This document shows, piece by piece, positions 58,468 through 64,000 of a stretch of DNA of 64,000 bases. Made by a program: the position numbers and the translations under genes. Numbering within the stretch: the first letter of the stretch is position 1; each line of letters starts with the position of its first letter. This DNA comes from Actinomycetota bacterium (GTDB taxonomy: Bacteria; Actinomycetota; CADDZG01; JAHWKV01). The stretch covers positions 3,537 to 67,536 of the forward strand of contig JBPCIX010000022.1 of assembly GCA_051005875.1 (NCBI GenBank), read 5' to 3'. The notes below the pieces were generated by a model. The model was not told the origin of the DNA. It searched no databases and was given only the letters and a program-made list of their open reading frames with translations.

Positions 58468-58707
58468 TCATTTCCGGCGAGGGGTGCGCCGGGCCTTTCG
58501 TACCTCTTCCAGTGCCTCTCCGGCAGCCTGAGCGGCAGGCTTTTCTTCGAGCGACGCCTTTGCTCTGATTCGCTCGAGAGGATCCAGGCCTTGCCGTAGA
58601 GCTTCTTCAAGTACGTCCGACTGAGAGCGGCCCATTCTTGCCGCCTTCACCCGAACTCGCCGGAGCAAATCCTCCTCCACGAGAAGAGTCGTCTTGAATC
58701 TTGCCAT
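58468..58707 (-). CDS. ribbon-helix-helix (CopG/VapB-like) antitoxin
   Basis: Trimmed to MARFKTTLLVEEDLLRRVRVKAARMGRSQSDVLEEALRQGL, the RHH pattern. The upstream part of the 164-aa track ORF looks non-coding. Confidence 0.7.
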   Translation of the reverse strand: MARFKTTLLVEEDLLRRVRVKAARMGRSQSDVLEEALRQGLDPLERIRAKASLEEKPAAQAAGEALEEVRKARRTPRRK

Positions 58708-58822
58708 AAAACCATAATACCGTAAAGACATACGACAGGCGAAGATACGGCGCACGAACCTAGCCGCAGTTAGAGCCGTGATGATTGGGGAAGGAGGGAT
58801 GATGACGGAAGTTGAATGGACC

Positions 58823-59233
58823 TTACGCCTTGGTTCCCCAAACGGTCCAACCCAGAAAGTTTGCAGCTTTTGATTGTCTGACGTCGTAGGTGATAAATGG
58901 CAAGAGTCCACCGCCGGCTTGATCGGCAGCCCCGAGGTGAAGAGCGTCGAGGGTACGCACACCGGTTCTTTCGGCTATTTCCGCCGCGCTTTCGCATACG
59001 GCCTTTGTGAGTGTGACTTTCTTAACTGCTGCCCAATCCCGGGAGAATTGATCTCGCGCTTTGGCGTAGTCCTTTCCTTTTAACCCTAGAGCCAGGTTGC
59101 GTCTAACTTCGACTTCGGTGTGTCGCCCGGAAATCCAATCGGTGTCCTTTTTCAGGAGCTTAAGGCAAGCTGTAAAGTCCGCCTCCCGGAAATAGATCTT
59201 GAGGAGCGCGCTGGAATCTACATAAACGCTCAC
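58823..59233 (-). CDS. vapC: VapC PIN-domain toxin
   Basis: It has MSVYVDSSALLKIY and RTLDALHLGAA. The GTGA start-stop overlap with the upstream antitoxin is intact. Confidence 0.8.
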   Translation of the reverse strand: MSVYVDSSALLKIYFREADFTACLKLLKKDTDWISGRHTEVEVRRNLALGLKGKDYAKARDQFSRDWAAVKKVTLTKAVCESAAEIAERTGVRTLDALHLGAADQAGGGLLPFITYDVRQSKAANFLGWTVWGTKA

Positions 59234-59511
59234 TCTGCCCGGTCTTCTCGCAGGAGGTCTTCCACTGTTATCGATGCCCGGAAGCCTTTGTGGTCGGAAA
59301 GGTCAAGTTTCCCGGCGCCCGGGGAAATCCACCCTTGACGAATGCCTCGCCGGACAAGGTCGTCGGCAGTTTCGGGCGGCACGGAAGGGTCGGCCGGACC
59401 GATTAAGGCCTTTGGCCGTCCCCGGCTCGTTACGGTAATGACTTCGCCATCCTCAGCTCGATCCAGATACTCGGAAAGCCGGGCCTTTAAGGTTCTGACG
59501 GGCACCTCCAT
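59230..59511 (-). CDS. Phd/YefM-type antitoxin
   Basis: MEVPVRTLKARLSEYLDRAEDGEVITVTSRGRPKALIGP. Confidence 0.75.
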   Translation of the reverse strand: MEVPVRTLKARLSEYLDRAEDGEVITVTSRGRPKALIGPADPSVPPETADDLVRRGIRQGWISPGAGKLDLSDHKGFRASITVEDLLREDRAE

Positions 59512-59623
59512 GTAGTCACACTAACACAATAGATGACCACATTGGGGAACAGGCAATTTGCTGAGGGGCGAAGACGGCGTCGAAGGCTGCTTTGGGTTAG
59601 TCAGACTCTGGTAGGGTTTCGGT

Positions 59624-59848
59624 ATGACCAGCAAACGTAAAATCTCCATTTCGCTCGACCCCGAATTGGTGGACGAACTCGAGGCCCAGGGTGTTCCTCT
59701 GTCCAGTCAGATCAACCGTGTCCTGAGCGACGAACTGGCGCGGCGCCGTCGAAGCAGGCTACTTAAGGACCTCCTCGGGGAGATGGATCACAGGGTTGGG
59801 AAGGTCGACGAAGCCCTGATCGAAAAGTACGAGGAGTTGCTCAGGTGA
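59624..59848 (+). CDS. RHH-type antitoxin
   Basis: MTSKRKISISLDPELVDELEAQGVPLSSQINRVLSDEL. It has a GTGA overlap with the downstream PIN gene. Confidence 0.7.
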   Translation: MTSKRKISISLDPELVDELEAQGVPLSSQINRVLSDELARRRRSRLLKDLLGEMDHRVGKVDEALIEKYEELLR

Positions 59849-60264
59849 CCGGTGGCCTGGTGCTCGATGCGGAGGCGATTTCCGCGCTGGCGCGGGAGAA
59901 CTCCCCCGGCAACCAGGAGGTCCGGGCGGCGATGACCGCTGCTGCGCGGCTGGGGAAGGACGTGATAGTTGCGACCGTCACACTGGCGGAACTTTACCGG
60001 GGCCACGGCCACAATCAGATCGTCGACTCGTGCCTGTCCCGGGAGACTGGAATTGCTACCCGTGACACGGACAAAGAGTTTGCACGCCTGGTCGGCGGAC
60101 TGCTCGCCGGGGCCGGCATGGAATCGGACAACCTTGCCGACGCTCATGTTGTAGCTGCTGCCCTGGAGGCCGGACGGTGTGTCGTACTGACCGGCGACCG
60201 GGACGACATCCAGGCTCTTGCAGCGCCGTACCCGAACATCATCATCCGGGCGCTTCCAACCTGA
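59845..60264 (+). CDS. PIN-domain toxin
   Basis: It has LVLDAEAISALA, TVTLAELYRG and a DAHVVAAALEAG..VLTGDRDD pattern. Confidence 0.75.
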   Translation: MTGGLVLDAEAISALARENSPGNQEVRAAMTAAARLGKDVIVATVTLAELYRGHGHNQIVDSCLSRETGIATRDTDKEFARLVGGLLAGAGMESDNLADAHVVAAALEAGRCVVLTGDRDDIQALAAPYPNIIIRALPT

Positions 60265-60310
60265 AGCCGGCGGGGCCTTGCCCGTCCTTCGCCCCTCGAA
60301 TGAATTCTTG

Positions 60311-60447
60311 CCGCTCCTCAACGACTCGATCGCCGATACCGGTAACGACCGTGTTCGCCGCCTTAACCTGGCCCCGCCATGCGGCGGTTCATCGGCAGCG
60401 GCGGCGTCGGCCGGTCCCAAGTCGTCGGGCCGGCTCGTCCCTCTAAA
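60311..60447 (+). pseudogene. C-terminal fragment of an NHL-repeat protein (truncated paralog of 53543-56332)
   Basis: PLLNDSIADTGNDRVRRLNLAPPCGGSSAAAASAGPKSSG aligns with LLIADSNNDRVRRLNLRLPCGVSAGQTSGATSSSG of the intact gene. I estimate nucleotide identity at roughly three quarters over the core by eye. The TM anchor is missing, and similarity stops a few nt before the 26-bp repeat. Confidence 0.7.
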
Positions 60448-60450
60448 TAA

Positions 60451-60476
60451 GGAATATCTGAAGTTATATTTCGCTC
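60451..60476. repeat. 26-bp AT-rich element, copy 2 (see 48289-48316)
   Basis: GGAATATCTGAAGTTATATTTCGCTC lies directly after the truncated NHL fragment. The hairpin ACCGGCC-ccc-GGCCGGT follows at about 60505-60521. Confidence 0.85.
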
Positions 60477-60673
60477 AGATTTGTGATGCATTAGTCTTGT
60501 TTTACCGGCCCCCGGCCGGTTTCAAGTCTTCGCACCTCCAAGCGTTTGAACGACATGGAACGCCCAATCGGCACATATCTGTACGGCCGAAACATAATGA
60601 CCCCGCAAGAATTCCTCACGGCCCCGAACTCGCTAGATCACAATCAGGTCAAGATTCCCTAAATAATTAGCGA

Positions 60674-60679
60674 TATAAT
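60674..60679 (+). promoter_or_regulatory. perfect TATAAT box 7 nt upstream of the Fic ATG (possible leaderless transcript)
   Basis: GCGATATAATCTACTAATG. There is no Shine-Dalgarno sequence between the box and the ATG at 60686. Confidence 0.35.
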
Positions 60680-60685
60680 CTACTA

Positions 60686-61840
60686 ATGCTTCTTCCCTTC
60701 AAGGTAACGTCCGTCACCACGGCGGGGCTGGGCGAATTGGACGAATGGCGTTCCAGGCTGGACTATAAGGAGCCGGTTCCCAGGTCTTGGGCCGGGCGAC
60801 TGAGGCGGGACCTGGAGGCGGAGGCTGTGGCCGCGTCCACGATTATGGAGGGTGTCCCGGTTACCTTGGAGGATGTTCGGCGCATTCTTGCCGGTGACCA
60901 AGCCGTACCGGTAGGAAATGATGAAAGGCAGTTGGTCCTGGGGTACGAGCAGGCCATGAACTTCGTTCTGAGAAGAGCCGACGACGCCACCTTCCAGTGG
61001 AACCGGGAGCTAGTAATTGGCCTGCACGACCGCGTTCTGGCGGGCCGGTTCGACTTGGGGGCCGGCGGATTTCGCTCTGGCCAAACAAGGGTCGTCGATG
61101 TTTCGTCGCAAAGGACCCTGTTTCTTCCTCCCGCCTCTGGAAGCCTTCCCGGCCTGGCAGATGAGATTTGCGAGAGGGTAAGCCGGCCTGAACTCCACCC
61201 TGCACTTGCTTCGGCGTGGGTTCACATCGCGCTGGCGGCTATCCATCCTTTCAAAGATGGAAACGGCAGGACTTGTCGAGTGCTGGCCTCATTGGCCATG
61301 TATAGGGGTGGATTTAGGCGCAAGGAGTTCACTTCGCTCGAGGAGTGGTGGGGTAGTCACAAAGCCGACTACTATACGGCGTTCAAGTGTCTGGGCGATC
61401 AATTCACCCGTGGAGCCGACGTCACGCCGTTCGTAGAGACCCATGTTCAAGCTCAACTAAGCCAGGTGAGAGGACTCGACCTCAGGGAGCGAGTCGAGCG
61501 CAAGATTTGGACTGTTCTTGAGGATCTGGCCGAGCAATCGGGCCTGGCCCGCCGCGCGGCAAATGCTTTGTGGGACTCCTTCTTTGGAAGGGACGTTTCC
61601 GCCGGCTACTATCGGGCGCTGGCTGATGTCAGCCCCGCAACCGCAACCAACGATCTTGCCTTGGCCTCGGCGGTTGGGTTTTTAAGAGCTAAGGGTCGGG
61701 CCCGGGCAAGAGTCTATTTGGCCGGAGACAAACTCTACGAAAGCGTTGCCGCTGCATTGGGCCTTAATACAGGTTTGGATGCCCAGGCCCTGAAGGCGTC
61801 CATAATCGAATCCCTGACTTCCCGGGAAATAGAGCGGTAA
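60686..61840 (+). CDS. Fic family protein with intramolecular inhibitory motif
   Basis: The canonical Fic motif is HPFKDGNGRTCR (HxFx[DE]GNGRxxR). The N-terminal segment STIMEG matches the [ST]xxxE[GN] inhibitory-helix motif. Confidence 0.85.
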   Translation: MLLPFKVTSVTTAGLGELDEWRSRLDYKEPVPRSWAGRLRRDLEAEAVAASTIMEGVPVTLEDVRRILAGDQAVPVGNDERQLVLGYEQAMNFVLRRADDATFQWNRELVIGLHDRVLAGRFDLGAGGFRSGQTRVVDVSSQRTLFLPPASGSLPGLADEICERVSRPELHPALASAWVHIALAAIHPFKDGNGRTCRVLASLAMYRGGFRRKEFTSLEEWWGSHKADYYTAFKCLGDQFTRGADVTPFVETHVQAQLSQVRGLDLRERVERKIWTVLEDLAEQSGLARRAANALWDSFFGRDVSAGYYRALADVSPATATNDLALASAVGFLRAKGRARARVYLAGDKLYESVAAALGLNTGLDAQALKASIIESLTSREIER

Positions 61841-62184
61841 ATGCTTGAGGAAACGCCTTCGTTTGGTTGCCAACAGACGTTCCCCCTTTCGCCATGAAGA
61901 CCCATGTTACCGACGCGCGCCGACAGCCTTACGAGTACCGCTTCATGCTGTTCGTTCGCTGGTTGTAGTACACCAGGCAGACGTGTCCGCAAGGACCAAG
62001 TCGGAAATGGGAGACCATGACGACCACCGACGCGCTCATAATTTCATCGATGTAAGGCGTGATTTGTGACATTTTGCACTATTGCGTTGGCGGAAAATGC
62101 CCTCAATAATGATTGCGAAGGTAATTTGTCGGGTCGGGGCTCAGGAATTCGGCGCCGAGAAATATATTAGGAAGAAGGTAACCA

Positions 62185-62838
62185 ATGAACAAAAGGTCGA
62201 AGGCAGTTGTAGCCACTTTGGCGCTAGCGATCCTTGCAGGATCGGCCGCAGCGTGGGCATGCACCCCCCAGTACACGATTTTTCCTCTTTCCCTACAGGC
62301 GGGCGCGCCCGGCAGTCAGGTCGTAGTCACCGGCCAAGCCGATGCAAAACGGGCTGTGGAGGTACGCTGGGACAGTGCTGAGGGCCCTGTTTTGGGCTCG
62401 GCAAGCGCAGCGGGAGAGGACCAGGAATTCCGGTACTCGGTTCCGGTGACCATTCCCGAGGCTTCACCAGGCGTCCATTACTTGATGGTCCTGGCAAAAA
62501 GAGATCCCGGTGTTCACCCCTGGGAAGTCGACGCCCAAGGCCGGTGGGTCGCACGGGCAGCTTTCAATGTTTTGACGTCAGCCCCCTCCGGCCAATCCAC
62601 CGCGGGCAGTCAGGGGCCCATAACGGCAGACTATCCTGATCTGTGGAGAGGCTTTCAAGGCGGCGCCCAACTTGGCAATTCAGGGATCACCGACGCCGGG
62701 CGAAGCGCTGGGGGCAACGGACAAGCAGCTCTGGGGATGGCCTTTCTCGTGCTCGGATTCGTTGGAGTCTCGTCGGTAGCCGGCTTGGGATTAGCGGGCC
62801 GGTCACGCAGACGCCGAGCCTCAAACGCAGGCGAATAG
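62185..62838 (+). CDS. small signal-peptide protein with AWA|CTP junction, C-terminal TM and Arg-rich tail (family copy 2)
   Basis: The N-terminus is MNKRSKAVVATLALAILAGSAAAWACTP. It has VEVRWDS.EGPVLG and PGVHYLMVLA (compare EIRWNSLDGPVV and PGVYYLVFAT in copy 1). The tail is NGQAALGMAFLVLGFVGVSSVAGLGLAGRSRRRRASNAGE. Confidence 0.7.
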   Translation: MNKRSKAVVATLALAILAGSAAAWACTPQYTIFPLSLQAGAPGSQVVVTGQADAKRAVEVRWDSAEGPVLGSASAAGEDQEFRYSVPVTIPEASPGVHYLMVLAKRDPGVHPWEVDAQGRWVARAAFNVLTSAPSGQSTAGSQGPITADYPDLWRGFQGGAQLGNSGITDAGRSAGGNGQAALGMAFLVLGFVGVSSVAGLGLAGRSRRRRASNAGE

Positions 62839-62854
62839 GCTCGCACGAAAGGTA

Positions 62855-64000
62855 GTGGGACCGCCGCGGGCTGATCACCGTAAAGCGCCAGGGCTTCGAC
62901 TGCTCCTACTTGCGGCCTTGGGGTTGGGGGCGGCATGGGTTCCCACCGCCGGTCAGGCGGCTGCGCCCCCAGCCTGGGAAGAGGTTGGCGACATGCGCCA
63001 GCCTCGCGAGGGACATACCGCCACCCTTCTTTCCGGCCCTGACTGCGGTGGTCAGCACCGGGCCGTCTATTGCGGACAAGTCCTCGTAGCCGGCGGTTTC
63101 CAGTGGGTTGGCTCGGTTCCTATCGATGGTCGGCCCTATGACCCTAGAGACTCGCTAGATAAGCGCGTTTTCCAGACTGCTGAGATCTTTGACCCCAAAT
63201 CTCGGCAGTGGGCGCCTACGGGGTCCCTGGAGAAAGCCCGGTGGGGCCATCAAGCCGTGGGGCTTCCCGACGGGAGAGTGCTCGTCATGGGGGGAGAAGG
63301 AGGTGCAAACGGCCCTACCCTGGCTTCTGCCGAGCTTTACGATCCCCGAAGTAAGAAATGGAAGCTGACAGGCTCCCTTCACGTGCCCAGGTGGCTATTT
63401 ACTGCCACGTTGCTCCAGGGGCAGGGATGTGGTTCCAGTTGTGGCAAGGTCTTGGTGGTCGGCGGCGGATCTTCTGCTCCGGCCTCAACGTCCGCCGAGC
63501 TCTTCGACCCCAAGAGTGAAAGCTGGAGTTCTGCCGGGTCACTTACTGAACCGCGAGCAAGTCACACTGCGACCCTCGTATCTGGGCCGCGCTGCGGCTC
63601 TATCTGCGGACAGGTGCTGGTAGCCGGCCCTTTAAAAACGACTGAGCTGTACGACCCCTCCAAGGGAACGTGGACGCCTGTGGGCGAAATGGTGGTTGCT
63701 TCCAGCCAGGGGTCTGCTGCCCTTCTTTCCTCCGGAGATGTCCTTGTAATTGGATCCGGAGCGGCCCTGAACCCTGGATCGCCGGGGCATACAACCGAAT
63801 TGAATGCTCAGTTGTTCGACCCGATGCTCGGTACCTGGACCTCGACGCGGCCACCGGGAGGTCGCCGCGTGGCCTCGTTTTTGACTAGGTTAGGAGATGG
63901 AGGAGTTCTAGCCGCGGGAGGTGAGAAAAATAACACTGCTGCTGCGATTTACTACCGAGGAGGTGCCAAAGGCGATCCCAACGGCGTGTGGGAACCTGCT
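62855..64000 (+). CDS. secreted Kelch-repeat beta-propeller protein (runs off right edge)
   Basis: Hand translation from GTG 62855 gives MGPPRADHRKAPGLRLLLLAALGLGAAWVPTAGQA as the signal. Repeated Kelch-like units follow (REGHTATLL, AEIFDPKSRQWAPTGSL..ARWGHQAVGLPDGRVLVMGG, AELYDPRSKKWKLTGSL, AELFDPKSESWSSAGSLTEPRASHTATLV, TELYDPSKGTWTPVGEM). The frame is open to position 64000, so it is absent from the ORF track. Confidence 0.75.
   Translation, partial: MGPPRADHRKAPGLRLLLLAALGLGAAWVPTAGQAAAPPAWEEVGDMRQPREGHTATLLSGPDCGGQHRAVYCGQVLVAGGFQWVGSVPIDGRPYDPRDSLDKRVFQTAEIFDPKSRQWAPTGSLEKARWGHQAVGLPDGRVLVMGGEGGANGPTLASAELYDPRSKKWKLTGSLHVPRWLFTATLLQGQGCGSSCGKVLVVGGGSSAPASTSAELFDPKSESWSSAGSLTEPRASHTATLVSGPRCGSICGQVLVAGPLKTTELYDPSKGTWTPVGEMVVASSQGSAALLSSGDVLVIGSGAALNPGSPGHTTELNAQLFDPMLGTWTSTRPPGGRRVASFLTRLGDGGVLAAGGEKNNTAAAIYYRGGAKGDPNGVWEPA

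Noticed and set aside
48289-60476. Calling the 12.2-kb segment between the two 26-28-bp repeats a bona fide mobile element
   Set aside because: No integrase, transposase or terminal inverted repeats are seen, and the repeat could equally be a promoter/operator motif. It is kept as a hypothesis in the findings, not annotated as a mobile element.
60218-60670. 150-aa plus-strand ORF spanning the NHL fragment
   Set aside because: It overlaps the PIN gene. Only its middle ~45 codons have homology (to the NHL C-terminus), and the rest runs through the 26-bp repeat and a hairpin. It is better read as a pseudogene fragment plus non-coding sequence.
61860-62060. Minus-strand peptide ...HFRLGPCGHVCLVYYNQ... 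reminiscent of a MEDS-domain opening
   Set aside because: It is a very short open stretch (about 36 codons) ending in a stop. Similarity rests on a 6-residue pattern only, which is insufficient to call even a pseudogene.

Overview
This 64-kb window looks like an Actinomycetota-type chromosome, judged from gene order only (no searches were run). The order polA; rpsA-coaE-uvrB; lspA-rluD...dnaE; hisD-C-B-H-A-F; hisI-trpE-C-B-A matches the classic actinobacterial layout. All calls come from reading the ORF track, hand translation and motif recognition.

Positions 1-46.7 kb are mostly housekeeping. They hold tRNA-Val, an O-methyltransferase, polA, gltB (no adjacent gltD), a thioesterase, two Tat-signal ferritin-like paralogs beside tatC and a cupredoxin lipoprotein, and a LivK-like binding protein. 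Next come a Sec-signal RTX-like beta-roll protein, tRNA-Leu followed by three extra tandem copies of its own 3' half, and the trp/his/nad genes. The rest is dnaE, an FtsX-type ABC transporter with a lipoprotein, rluA-family, lspA, a DksA/TraR zinc-finger protein with a long Lys/Ala/Pro tail, uvrB, coaE, rpsA, and an orphan histidine kinase translationally coupled to an M23 peptidase.

Positions 46.7-64 kb are accessory and mosaic. They contain seven to eight toxin-antitoxin-like modules (Phd/VapC, RHH/PIN, DUF4258/DUF2283, HicB, Fic) and an orphan LuxR response regulator.

The most interesting feature is a duplicated surface-protein module. A small signal-peptide protein with a conserved AWA|CTP junction and a C-terminal TM plus Arg-rich tail is followed by very large beta-propeller proteins: SBBP+IPT/TIG and NHL in copy 1, Kelch in copy 2. 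Recombination scars tie this module to the TA genes: a vapC 3' tail fused to the NHL stop codon, a truncated NHL C-terminal fragment, and a 26-28 bp repeat at two junctions. Two PIN toxins have lost a canonical start codon upstream of their catalytic Asp.

No CRISPR array, rRNA, transposase or integrase was recognised.
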